Source of the DNA: Chiloscyllium plagiosum
Lineage: Eukaryota
DNA: 48,076 nucleotides
Direction: 5' to 3'
Assembly (NCBI RefSeq): GCF_004010195.1
Contig: NC_057719.1
Location: forward strand, 41,416,466-41,464,541
The notes below the pieces were generated by a model that was not told where the DNA came from, did no database searches, and saw only the letters and a list, made by a program, of their open reading frames with translations. Below, one piece after another: positions 24,612 to 36,800 of the stretch. Numbering within the stretch: the first letter of the stretch is position 1; each line of letters begins with the position of its first letter. A program made the position numbers and the translations under genes.

Positions 24612-25198
24612 GAATTAAATGATTTATTGTCACATGTATTTAAAAAAAACAGTGAAAAGCGTTGTGTTGTCAAGCTCTGGCACTATTTTGAGTTACTGAA
24701 TATATTAAAAGATATTACTGAAGTAGCATTTATCTTTCTCTGCCCTTCTTGCTCCTCCTCCACTGCTTCACTTTGCATTGCCTAGGGTCTCTGTAATGGG
24801 CTCCTGTTGTCAGTCACAGGCCTCTGCGACTGCCGGGTCTGAGCTCGGGCTGTGGGCAAGTTCTCGTACCTCTGTAGCCCCAACCAATGCTCATCCAGAC
24901 AATGCTGTCGGACCTCGCTCGCAGTGGTCCCACCATCCACTTTGCCGACGCTGCCACTTGTTCGGGGCCTAGCTGCAGATCTGGAGTCTTGACTCAGCCA
25001 GCGAGCCCAGGCCAGGAGAGTTAGCCCAGGATCTGCTCCTTGCTCGCCGGAGACCCCGCATTGGGGTGGAGTCATGTTTGCATCATCCTGGCATTGCTTC
25101 TACTACTGCCAATGCTGCCAGACACCTCTTCTCATTCACTCGGCCTCGGCTGTCACCACTCTCTGGGTCCATGCCACCATTTTAGTTCACCATCTTTT
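24612..25198 (-). mobile_element. ~590-bp non-autonomous retroelement with AAGATGG-type 5' end and Rex1/Babar-like 3' tail
   Basis: Minus strand starts aaaagatggtgaactaaaatggtggc, has a GC-rich non-coding body and ends cttttcactg..tacatgtgacaataaatc. The host LINE resumes on both sides. Confidence 0.6.
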
Positions 25199-25559
25199 AA
25201 TCTATAATCGGCCTCTAACAATCACAACAATCTTTCGTTGTGCTTGATATACTCCAATCAGTGGAAGGTTTTGCACTTGATTGCCATTGATTTTGATTCA
25301 CTTTTGTATGGCTGGGGAAAAAATTATAGTTGAGGTCAACAATTCATTCAATTGCTTCAGCCATCTCAATGATTGTTTATGCCACCACCAGACCAGGATG
25401 TTTCAGGATCAAAATTCTACATGTGGGTGATTGTCTGACTTGGACAGCCATAACCACAACTCTAACTGTTCCGTATGTTGACCTTGTGAAGCAAGGAGCA
25501 TCCATCTTCTCCACGTTGGGGCTAAGATTGAGATGGACCTGCACCATTGCCATTTAACA

Positions 25560-26157
25560 TTTGTCCCTAATTGAGAGGAAGTCTATCCCCAAGAGATGCT
25601 GGCTAATTAAATGGTTAAAGGTGTCTTGTCCCTGGGGGCAATGGCCACTGATGAGATAGTAGCCAGCTCCACAGAAGAAAGTTCCTGGTCAGATATGTTT
25701 AGAGTCTTACCAGGGCCAGGAAGACAGGTTCAGTGAGAGGGTTGGAATCAACAGATTGGTGGGGGGGATGGGTATGGAGGCGGCGGGGGGCGGGGGCGGT
25801 GAATGTGGGTGGAATACCTTTGGGAGATCTCAGCGAGCACCGTGTGCTTGAAGAGGATGACCACACATTGGCATGGTCACGAGGCCAAAGGATTTTCCTT
25901 GATAGCCTGAATAATTGGTTTCAGCATCTTCCTATCATGGGTAAAATCTCACCAGCCCTGGAAGGAGGCACATCATTGGTTAACAAATTACTAAAAGGCC
26001 GCAATTAGCTCATGGGTGAATGAGACCCCGTAGCACCTAATAGGGCCATTCGTGCATGGAAAATTGACCAATGAGGCAATGTCATGTTGCCCAATTTTAC
26101 GCCATCTCCCAACCTGTCAACACATCCTCCCCCACCCTCATGTAAAATTTCAACCAA
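25560..26157. mobile_element. Possible non-autonomous DNA transposon (Harbinger-like) remnant
   Basis: Right end caattttacg..tgtaaaatttcaacc resembles a GGCTGAATTTTAC-type TIR; no matching left TIR identified. Confidence 0.3.
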
Positions 26158-26246
26158 TGCTTTATTATCACAAATAACATATATTTGAATGTTTTCTTGT
26201 AAAAATAAAAAAAAATTGATTTTTTTTACAAAATTACAAAGTCACT

Positions 26247-27207
26247 GTTGTGCTTCTGTTCGCCGAGCTGGAAGTTTTTGTTGCAAACGTTTCGTCCCCT
26301 GTCTAGGTGACAACCTCAGTGCTTGGGAGCCTCCTGTGAAGCGCTTCTGTGATGTTTCCTCCGGCATTTATAGTGGCCTGTCCCTGCTGCTTCCGGTTGT
26401 CAGTTTCAGCTGTTCGCTGTAGTGGCCGGTATATTGGGTCCAGGTCGATGTGTTTGTTGATGGAGTTTGTGGATGAGTGCCATGCTTCTAGGAATTCCCT
26501 GGCTGTTCCTTGTTTCGCTTGCCCTATAATGGTAGTGTTGTCCCAGTCAAATTCATGTTGCTTCTCGTCTATGTGCGTGGCTACTAGGGATAGCTGGTCG
26601 TGTCGTTTCATGGCTAGTTGATGTTCGTGGATGCGGATCGTTAGCTGTCTTCATGTTTGTCCTATATAGTGTTTTGTGCAGTCCTTGCACGGGATTGAGT
26701 ACACTACATTAGTTTTGCTCATGCTGGATATCGGNNNNNNNNNNNNNNNNNNNNNNNNNNNNNNNNNNNNNNNNNNNNNNNNNNNNNNNNNNNNNNNNNN
26801 NNNNNNNNNNNNNNNNNNNNNNNNNNNNNNNNNNNNNNNNNNNNNCAGACGACAAGCAACATGAGTTTGACTGGGACAACACTACCATTATGGGCAAGCG
26901 AAACAAAGAACAGCCAGGGAATTCCTAGAAGCATGGCACTCATCCACAAACTCCATCAACAAACACATCGACCTGGACCCAATATACCGGCCACTACAGC
27001 GGACAGCTGAAACTGACAACCGGAAGTGGCAGGGACAGGCCACTATAAATGCCGGAGGAAACACCACAGAAGCGCTTCACAGGAGGCTCCCAAGCACTGA
27101 GGATGTCACCTAGACAGGGGACGAAACGTTTGCAACAAAAACTTCCAGCTCAGCGAACAGAACCACAGCAATGAGCACCCGAGCTACAAATCTTCTCACA
27201 AACTTTC
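26247..27207. mobile_element. Penelope-like element with inverted arms and 15-bp TSD, inside the L1 3' UTR
   Basis: TSD aattacaaagtcact at 26232-26246 and 27208-27222; GIY-YIG NVVYSIPCKDCTKHYIGQT..RIHEH..REFLEAWH on minus; plus arm 26846-27170 mirrors 26246-26567; N gap at 26735-26845. Confidence 0.9.
27094..27133 (+). ncRNA. Minimal type I hammerhead ribozyme (PLE pLTR)
   Basis: gca-CUGAGGA-u-GUCaCCU(agac)AGGgGAC-GAAA-cg-UU-ugc. The mirror copy at 26283-26322 (minus) has a core change, CUGAGGU. Confidence 0.7.
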
Positions 27208-27527
27208 AATTACAAAGTCACTACAAAATAGTATACCGACTTTATAATATAATGACAATAACAGAAAACAAACTACTACTCTACTCCACAAACCACTGAG
27301 GAGAGACAGAAAAAAACCCTACAAAACAACAATTCAATCAATTACTAAGAAAACAAATTAAATTAAACCGTTAAACCAAGGTAAATTAAGTTATATTCAG
27401 TTAAGTTACCGCACTCAGCACAATCCCACCAAAGCTCCCCACCACCGGAAGCATCTGTAAGCAAACCTGTATTTGTTCAGGAATTTCTCCCCAGGGGCCC
27501 CCTGACTGCCGAACATAGCCCTCATGA

Positions 27528-30500
27528 CTATACAAAGGCTCTGACCAATATAGCCAACAAGTCATGATTCAGAAAGGGCTGCCATGTTATATAAAACATT
27601 TCTGTTTTTTGGTACAGCATACTTGTAAGGAAGTCCAGGGGGATGTGCTCCATAACTAATCTACGCCGGCCCCAGAGTCCCAGGAGATTCTCCGATACCC
27701 AGCTCATTAGAATGTTCTTTCTCGCACAGAATAAAATAATATTAAATAGTTTCGTCTCATGCACGTCCAAAGAGGGGAGATTTGGCAAACCCAAGAGGAG
27801 GGACACTGGATCCAACTTAACCTCTGTTCCCAAGACCTCTTCCAAAACACTTGTTATGGCACCCCGACGAAGCTTGTGGCATGACCACAATCAGTGAGTA
27901 AGAGTACTAACATCTGTTTTACATTTGGGGCACATTGGGGACACCCTTGTCTTAAATTTCACAAACCGCTCCAGTTCCAAATGAGCCCTCTGGAGTACCT
28001 TCATTTGTATAGCCTGCATCTTGTTACAAATCAAAATCTTCCTTACGTTCGCCCAAATATCTTCCCACACCTCTGATGAGATTTCCACCCCCAATTCACG
28101 AGTCCAGATTTCACATAGCCACTCAATGTCCTTTGAAACATTACCTCCTAACAAGTGATAGAGGGTGCTGACCGAGAGAGCACCCATAGCCCTAAGCTGA
28201 CTATTGGGACTAACCTATAGTCTTTTTCTGTATAATGTCCCTGAAGTTACGGTCGCTCTCCATCACGGGAAAAAACCTGGTCATCAGGTGTGAGGCCCTG
28301 TCATTGCTGTTATACGTGGCACAGGTCTGGCCTATTCCCAGAACCTGTGCCGCTGCAGTCACCCGGGCCATCTTCNNNNNNNNNNNNNNNNNNNNNNNNN
28401 NNNNNNNNNNNNNNNNNNNNNNNNNNNNNNNNNNNNNNNNNNNNNNNNNNNNNNNNNNNNNNNNNNNNNNNNNNNNNNNNNNNNNNNNNNNNNNNNNNNN
28501 NNNNNNNNNNNNNNNNNNNNNNNNNNNNNNNNNNNNNNNNNNNNNNNNNNNNNNNNNNNNNNNNNNNNNNNNNNNNNNNNNNNNNNNGTCCTTGAGGCCC
28601 TTCGGGAAAAGGAGAGGGCGGATTCCCTGAGCAGACTGTCATTTGGCAGAATGCCTCATTGCCAGAACTTTCCAACAAGCACCAAGACATGGCTTGGCTG
28701 GTGGTGAGAAGGGCTCTGCCTGTGAGATCATTTATGCACGCCCGGACTGCTGCTCTCGAAGCGGCTGCGGGGGGGACGAGACTGTCACACACCTCCTTCT
28801 GGAATGTGCCTATGCAGAAGAAGTCTGGAGAGGAATGCAGTGGTGTTTGTCGAGGTTCGTCCCGAGCAGCGCCGTGACGCGGGACTCCGTGCTCTACGGC
28901 CTGTTCCCCGGGACGCACACCGAGACGAACATCAACTCCGCATGGAGGATCATCAACGCGGTGAAGGACACTCTCTTGGCGGTCCGAAACCTGTTGATCT
29001 TCCAGCTGAAGGAGTTGACCCCGACTGAGTGTTGCAGACTGGCACATTCCAAGGTCCAGGACTACGTTTTGAGGGACGCGCTGAAGCTCGGGGCAGCTGC
29101 CGCCAAGGCGCGGTGGGGAAAGACCACCGTGTAACATCTGCCTGCCTAAAGAAGAACAGGGGGCCCGCGCAGTCATTTGGGCTCTGCTGACGCCTCAGAC
29201 CTGTAAATAGGAATGATTACTCTGTTTTCCTGTAAATGTAAATGGAATGTTTACATATGTATGGCATGTCCAACTGTACAGACCATTAAAGTATTTTATG
29301 AATAAAGTATATTTTTGAAATAAAAAAAAAGAAAGTAACGAAAGACATCCCTCCTAGATGGCTCATATTTCTGACTCAGCTGCTCAAAAGACACCATGAC
29401 CTCCCCATCAAATAAATCTCCCAAACAGGAGACTCCTCGAGGCTCCCAGAGCTTAAAGCCAGAGTCCATCAATTCCAGCCGAAATCCTAACATTCCTACT
29501 ATGGGAGTAAAAGGGGAAGTTTTTTGTAAATTGCCCTCACTTTGCCACATCATTCTCCATGCTTTAACCATGTTAAGGACAATCGGGTTTCTGCAATGGT
29601 CCGTAACAGTCCTCATCTTGTCCGTAAACAACAAATTGATGAGTTGGCATTTTGCCTGGGAGACCTCAATGTCCAACCAAATTGATCACGGGTCCTGGCA
29701 AGCCCAGTAGGCCACATAGGATAGTAAAGAACTCTGCTGATACTAAAATTATTTGACTGTATACCATTGTGAGAACCGCTGCATTCAGGTCACGATATAA
29801 CACTGCCATCCACTTGGCAAAAACCCTTCCAAGACCAAACCGCTCCAGTATATAAAAGAGGTACGGCCACTCTACCCGTTCAAGCACTTTCTCTACATCC
29901 AGGGAGACTACCAAGCTGGAATCAAGCCTTGCTAGCACACCTGGACCATGTTTAATACTCTTCTAATATTATTAGTAGAACATACGACCCTTAATAAAAC
30001 CTGTCTGAGGTCCTCCTTTACAATGAAAGGCAAAATCCTGTCCAAATTTATCGCCAGCATTTTTGACAGTATTTTAAAATCCATGTTCAGTAACAACATA
30101 GGCCTGTCCGAGATACAATCCTCTGGGGCTTTCCCTTCCTTAAGAATGAGAAAAATATTTGCTTCTCTCAGAGAGAATGGGAGGCAGTCCTGACGGTATG
30201 AGTAGTTGGACATATCCAACATTGGCCCAACCAGCATGTCTATAAACTCCTTATAAAACTCAGTTTGAAATCCATCTGAACCGGGCACTTTACCACTCTG
30301 GAGCTGCCTCACCGCCTCCTGTATTTCCTGGATTGTCAGGGCGGCATTCAGAAAGGACGCCTGTTCTGAGGTTACCCCTGAAAGGTGCAGGATGGAAAAA
30401 AAGAACTCCATCTTCATCAATCTGTCCTCACAGCCCTCCAACCAGTACAGCTCAGAGTGGAACTTCCTAAATGCTGCATTAATCTTTTTGGCATTGCAAG

Positions 30501-31695
30501 TAAGAGTATCAGCATTCTCTCTGATGAATGTGATAGATGGGGATATTCTCCTTTCTGGCCAAGTACGCTAGATATCTATCTGGTTTAGCACCATACTCAA
30601 ATAACCTCTGTTTTGCAAAAGAGATTTCCCTCTTTGCTGTCTGGGTGAGTGCAACATTCAAAGTAGTCCTAAGGGCTATAATCTGCTGCAATTTAGTTAC
30701 AGACAGTCTGTCAAAGTATGCTAACTCAGCTGCCTTCAGCCGAGCCTCAAGCAAACACTGTTGCTTTCCCCTTTGCCATTTCTAGGTTGCTGAGTAAGAA
30801 ATAATCAAACCCAGTGCATAGGCCTTGGCAGTCTCCCAGAGCACTGATGGATTACTGGCCATACTCAAATTAATGTCCCAAAAGATTTTAAATTCCCGCG
30901 AAAAATACTCTATAAACTTGCTATCCTTCAAGAGGAAAGGATCCATGCGCCAGTGCCACAAGCCTGTCCCATTACCACTGGCCTTGACCTCCATGTACAC
31001 TGCCACATGATCAGAAACAGCTATGTTCCATATTCTGCAAGACAGCACCAAATTCAAAAGGTCGATGAGACAAAAACATGTCAATTCTGGTATAGCACTT
31101 ATGTGGATGAGAGAAAAAGGTGAAATCCCTGCCTTTGGGGTGAAGACATCTCCACATATCCACCAACCCCATCTCCCTGTTCAGGTCCACCAAATGCCTG
31201 GATTGCAGGGACATACCCGCAAAGGCATCCTTTTCACTTCGGGGTCAGTAAGCCGATTAAAGTCTCCCCCTTTAATTATATGATGCACCCCAAGGGTCAT
31301 CAACCTGGAAAGCGCATCCATTAAAAATTTGAGAGATGTGCCGGGGGGCAATATACATTCAAAATCCCATATTCCTCCCCATATATTAAGGCTTTAAGAA
31401 TCATAAACCATCCATATTCATCCTTACTTTTGTCTAACAGTTGAAATGGGAGATTCTTCCGGATAAATGTAGCAACTCTTCTGCTTTTCGGAATAAAGGA
31501 TGAGAACAACACCCATCCGAACCCTCCCTGCTGCAACTTCAAGTGCTCCTTATTGGCTAAATGTGTTTCTTGCAGCAAGGCTACATCGGCCCTCTCTTTT
31601 CTAAGGCTAGAAAGTATATTTTCTCTCTTAATTGGTGAATGATTCCCCTTAACATTCCAGGTGCACCATTTAAATGAATAGCTAGCCATAGCCAT
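27528..31695 (-). pseudogene. L1 ORF2p (APE endonuclease, partial RT, CCHC knuckle), disrupted
   Basis: TWNVKG..ALLQETHL; NVYCP; GGDF; YTRIDMF; VSDH; GKVPGSDGFQTEFYKEF; RPMLLLNMDFKILSKMLA; SLDVEKVLERVEWPYL; CPKC..TH..WSC. Confidence 0.9.
28243..29330 (+). mobile_element. Tx1-clade LINE 3' end, 5'-truncated, inserted antisense into L1 ORF2
   Basis: KLRSLSITGKNLVIR..; C.RSGCGGDETVTHLLLEC zinc knuckle; stop at 29134; aataaa 29301-29306; poly(A) to 29330; N gap at 28376-28587. Confidence 0.9.
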
Positions 31696-32324
31696 CTGAA
31701 ACAGTCCGTGACCCCCCCACCCCCACCTCCACCCCACCGGGAGGAAGAACCCCACTCAGCGCGCCAAGTGAAAACAGTAAACAGTTCGTATAAATTTAAA
31801 AATACAACTTCCAAAACTATCAAATCAAAACTTCTAACAGCTACTTCTACAAAATGCCAACATATAACACAAATGAAAGGAGACTTGCCCCTTGCCCACA
31901 GGGGGTGTTCATACTACCTACTAACCCCTCCATGGCTCCTTCTAGCTGAAAATGTACCCCCACCCCAGACAACATAAAGTAGGATAAAAATTACAGACAT
32001 CTTATAACAAGAAAGTTAAAAGTGGGCATTCAACCCGTCCCTCCATACTGTAACTCTAGGCACTCCCTGTAGAACAGAAATATATAACCTCACCCCCCCC
32101 CGCCTCCCCCAACCGTGTGCCCCTCCCCCCCACACCCCATCCCATACCAGAAGAAAATAAAAACAAAAGATGACTGGAAGGGAAAGAGACAGGAGAAGAA
32201 AAGAAAAAAAAATTATGACCCACACGTATATTAAAAAAAAGCCCCCCGACAACCAGGTAAACCAGGCAAATTACAAAGAAAAACAAAATAAACATTAATG
32301 TCCATATTATTCGAGCCAGGCAGT

Positions 32325-33204
32325 CTATTTTAAAGCATGCAGGAACTCCTTTGCCTTTTCCGGTGAGTCAAAATTGAACACGGACCTTCTGTGGATGAAA
32401 CGTAATGTTGTGGATATCTTACAGAATACTGGATATCAAGTCCCTCATCTGCCTTTTTACTTCATCAAAGGCTTTCCTCTTATGAATCACAACCACAGAA
32501 AAGTCTTGGAAAAACATAACTTGTGATCCTTTATATATCAGAGCCTGAGGATCCTTCCCCGGTGCTCTAGAGGCTTCCAGCATCAGTCGCTTATCTCTGT
32601 AGTGCTGTAGTTGCTCTAGGACTGTGTGGGGGTGCTGGTCTGATCTAGGCCTGCACACAGTGACCTGGTGGGCCCGCTCAACCCGCACCTGGCCAGCCCG
32701 GACTTCCAGCTTCAAAAACTGTAGGATCCATTGCTGCAAGAAGCTGACAAGCTGGCCTTCCTCCTCCCATTCTGGAAACCCCACCAAATGGATGTTCTTT
32801 CAATAGCCTCGATTTTCAAGGTTGTTGACCAGCTACTTCAAGACCTATACATGCCGTTCCAGGGCCTGGACCCGACGCGCCAGGGATTCCGCCGCGGTTT
32901 CGGAGGCTGTGGCCCATTGCTCCACCTCCATGACAAGCTGGCCGAGATGCTGGATCTCCTGGTCATGCTTCTGCAGCTTGACTGAGATCGGTTCAAGCCT
33001 GGCCCAGGTCTCCTCCATTGCTGAATCGATCTTCGCTTGGAGTTTCACAAACTCTGAGACCAGGCTCTGCTCCACGTGTAAGTCCCTGCAGCGATCACGG
33101 AGGCTGATGCCACAGCCATGGGCATGTCCGTTGTTGCGGGGGGTGGAGGGATGGTGCCTGGCTTGCTGCAATCCTCGCGGTCCCTTCCCTTTGGTCATTT
33201 TCAT
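32325..33204 (-). pseudogene. L1 ORF1p (coiled coil, RRM, CTD), frameshifted
   Basis: LQKHDQEIQHLGQLVMEVEQ..LARRVQALE; NIHLVGFPE..VERAHQV; FFQDFS..KRKAFDEVKR..FDSPEKAKEFL. Confidence 0.85.
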
Positions 33205-33340
33205 ATTTTAATCTAACACTGAACAATTCTGAGGGTCAAAAAATGACTATTTCTACCACATTGGGTAATAAAGGGAGGGTGAGTGCACCACTTTGTCTGG
33301 GTTCTGGTGTAGAGCTCAGCAGGGCAGACCTACTGGATCA

Positions 33341-33350
33341 CCGCCATTTT
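33341..33350 (-). promoter_or_regulatory. YY1-binding motif at the L1 5' end
   Basis: ccgccatttt matches the CCGCCATNTT consensus, ~11 nt inside the element start. Confidence 0.6.
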
Positions 33351-33894
33351 GAAAACTCCCCGTATTTGAATTTTAATCCTGTCACATAATTTTTATAGCA
33401 ACTTTAGATTTAAGTCTAAACAACCTCTAAGTGGACTAAGTGTGAATATTTGTGACCTAAATAGAATCTGGATTAGATCTATGAATTAATAATGCGCCCT
33501 CTTTTGGAATATTATTACATGTCTAGTAAACTATTGGTATGCAAAACAGAATTGCTTTCCTGTTTGCTAAAGAGGAATGATTCTAGTGACAGTGTGGATC
33601 TGTTGTTACTGTTACCATTGTAAGTATTGTCCATCTGCAGAACCTAAGATGACAGTAGAATCTACAGTAGCATTTTCAAAAGCACAGAATTTAAGAGTGT
33701 ATCCGTTTTATCTTCAAATTCAGTTGTTCACTTGAAGGGTGCACTATGTCAGCTCTTAAAGTACAAGAATATTGGAAGAATGCAAAGAAAGCTCAGCCTA
33801 TCAGCACATTACAGCCAGAACACTGAACATTTTGTATTAACCTAGCTTCTGCTATTGATTCGATTTTATGATAACAGTAAACCTTTAAGCACCA

Positions 33895-34126
33895 TCTTTT
33901 TCACACAGAGGGTGGTGTGTGTATGGAATGAACTGCAGAGGAAGTGGTGAAGGCTGGTACAATTACAACATTTAAAAGACATTTGGATGGGTACATGAAT
34001 AAGAAGGGTTTAGAGGGATATGGGCCAGGTGCTGGCAAATAGAACTACATTAATTTAGGATATCAGGTCTGGCATGGAGGAGTTGGACCGAAGGGTCTGT
34101 TTCTGTGCTGTACATCTCCATGACTC
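33895..34126 (+). mobile_element. CR1 3' end (young family)
   Basis: tttttcacacagagggtggtg..gggtctgtttctgtgctgtacatctccatgactct. Confidence 0.9.
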
Positions 34127-34138
34127 TAATTCTTTATT

Positions 34139-35420
34139 CCATAGAGCCATAGAGTCATAGAGATGTATAGCACGGAAACAGACCCTTCAGTCCGACTCGT
34201 CCATTCCAACCAAAACAATCTAGTCCCACCGGCGAGCACCGGGCCCATATCCCTCCAAACTCTTCCCTTATTCATATAACCATCCAGTTGCCTTTTAAAT
34301 GTTGAAATTGTACTAGCCTCCACTACTTCCTCTGGCAGCTCATTCCACACATGCATCATCCTCTGCATGAAAAAGGTGCCCCGTAGGTCTCTTTTATATC
34401 TTTCCGCTTTCACCATATATCTGTGCCCTCTAGTTCTGACTCCCCCACCTCAGGGAAAAAATTCTTGTCTATTTACTCTATCCATGACCCTCATGATTTT
34501 ATAAACCTCTATAACATCGCCACTCAGTCTCCAGGGAAAACAGCCCTAGCCTATTCAACCTTTCTCTATAGCTCAAATCCTCCAATCTTGGCAATATCCT
34601 TGTAAGCAAAATCCTTGTAACTCTTTTCTAAAACCTTTTAAGTTTCACAACATCCTTCCGATAGGAAGGAGACTAGAATTGCATGCAATATTCCAAACGT
34701 GGCCTAACCGATGCTCTGTACAGCTGCAACATGACCTCTCGACTCCTGTACTCAATACTCTGACCAATAAAGGAAAGCAAACCAAATGCCTTCTTCATTA
34801 TCCTATCTATCTGCGACTCTACTTTCAAGGAGCTATGAACCTGCACTCCAAGGTCTTTTTGTTGAGCAACACTCCCTAGGACCTTACCATTAAGTGTATA
34901 AGTCCTGCTAAGATTTGCTTTCCCAAAATGCAGCACCTTGCATTCATCTAAATTAAACTTCATCTGCCACTCCTCAGCCCATTGGCCCATTTGATCAAGA
35001 TCCTGTTGTAATCCGAGGTAATGTTCTTCGCTGTCCACTACACCTCCAATTTTGGTGTCAACTATAAGCTTACTAACTGTACCTCATAAGCTCACATCCA
35101 AATCATTTGTATAACTGATGAAAAGTAGTGGACCCAGCATCAATCCTTGTGGTACTCGACTGGTCACAGGCCTCCAATCTGAAAAGCAACCCTCCATCAC
35201 CACCCTCTGTCTTCTACCTTTGAGTTAGTTCTGCATCCATTCGTCTAGTTCTCTCTGGATTCCATGAGATCTAACCTTGCTAACCAGTCTCCCATGGGGA
35301 ACCTTGTCGAACACTTTACTGAAGGCCATATAGATCATGTCTACTGCTCTGCCCTCATCAATCCTCTTTGTTACTTCTTCAAAAAACTCAAATCAAGTTT
35401 GTGAGACATGATTTCCCATG
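34139..35420 (-). mobile_element. CR1 LINE (young family), 5'-truncated
   Basis: ORF 34673..35038 and ORF 34126..34416 give the RT C-terminal region; tail catagagccatagagtcatagag. Confidence 0.95.
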
Positions 35421-36800
35421 GACCAAATCATATTGTGAATTCAATTTTTGTGCTGATACATAAGTTCTCATTTGGAATTGTGCATGAAGATCATATGAAA
35501 ATGAATATGAAAATCAAATCTTTTGTTGGAAAGTGCAGATAATTATGTTGCTCATAAATGTTTAAGATAAATATCTTGAAATGTGTACTATTTAAAATGA
35601 GGGTGGCTTGCAATCGATGTTGTGATTTCCAAACCTTGGGTTCTGACTTCATTTGGGGTCACTCAGGGGTCATGCTGGGATGAATGGATCATAATAAATC
35701 CAAAATATTGAGGTAGTCATTACAATGCACTGCCTCTGTCAATATGCAGTTTCTGCGCAGGAATTTGAAGATTGGGCAGTAGGAAAGTGCACATGTGTCC
35801 AATCAAATGGTGGGAAAGAGGGGAATGTATGATTTGAGGCTTAGGTGGAAAGGTGGGACCAGGAACAAGCTATTACTGAAAGTTCCAAACCTCCTGATTT
35901 ATTTTGAACTCTGCTTTTTACCTCTGAACTCAACAGTCTTGACTGATAGTCAACCTGATAATTAATAGCAATTTGCTTCTAATGCCATTGACACATTATT
36001 ATGCAGAACTTTTATCTCCACTGCTGAGTCACATGACTCCATTGCAGGTGAAATATCTCAGAGTGCTGTCTAACGAGAACATGAAGTCAAATAAGTGTAA
36101 GCAAGACTTGAAGACTCTTTTCAAATATCGAAAACAGAATCATTTTTCTCACATTGAAATAAGGAGCTTTCGTAGAAACTAGTTCAGATTAAAAGTACCT
36201 TACCCATCTCTCAACTTTATGAGCTATCAGTTTGCAATTGCAAACTGTTATTTATTTTATTTTAACTACTCTTTTCAATATAATTAGACTAATGTCTGGA
36301 GAAGTGAAGGCAAATGAACTTGAAGTTTAAGTCCTTCTCTGAAACAACACCATGAGATGTTGAGGCAATGGCAACTAATCAGGAAACTATATTTGTAGGG
36401 TATCTGAAATAGATACTCACTTTTGCTCTTCAAATTGACGAGTAGCAACAACATTGCAAACATACAGTGACTTTTGTGTGCTACATGTCGTAGAAGTATT
36501 CTTTTAACATTATGTTTACTCTTCCAATTTCAGACCAAAAAAAAAGCCCATGGAATATTCAGTGTATTACAGGCTACATGGAGGACAGAACAATTCCCTG
36601 GGATCACATGACTGGAGTTTCTACTAATGTTAATCCATCTATGTCAGGGCATATGTCTTTATTCTTTCATGGAATGAGCATATCATTGGCAAGACTTTTA
36701 TTGCCTATTTCTAATTACCCCTGAACTGATTAGATTGCTCTATCAATTCAGAGGGCAGGTAAGAGTTAGCCATATTACAATGGGATTAGTGTCATATGTC

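Larger units (their letters stand above)
24160..25380 (-). mobile_element. Fragment of the second CR1-clade LINE family (same as 39290-41148), interrupted by two short SINEs and a non-autonomous element
   Basis: 24240-24310, 24572-24605 and 25205-25375 are collinear with 40380-40630. Confidence 0.7.
26191..33362 (-). mobile_element. Near full-length L1-clade LINE (5' UTR, ORF1, ~630-bp spacer, ORF2 lacking the RT core, 3' UTR), decayed
   Basis: 5' ggggag..AAAATGGCGG; ORF1 and ORF2 motifs as listed below; degenerate TSD tatttgaat at 26182-26190 and 33363-33371 with TT/AAAA context. Confidence 0.9.

Noticed and set aside
28310..29176. 288-aa ORF on the minus strand
   Set aside because: It is the antisense of GC-rich Tx1 ORF2 and runs through an N gap.
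33555..33626. Possible short plus-strand exon (RNDSSDSVDLLLLLP, gtaagt donor)
   Set aside because: Weak AAG acceptor and no recognisable homology.
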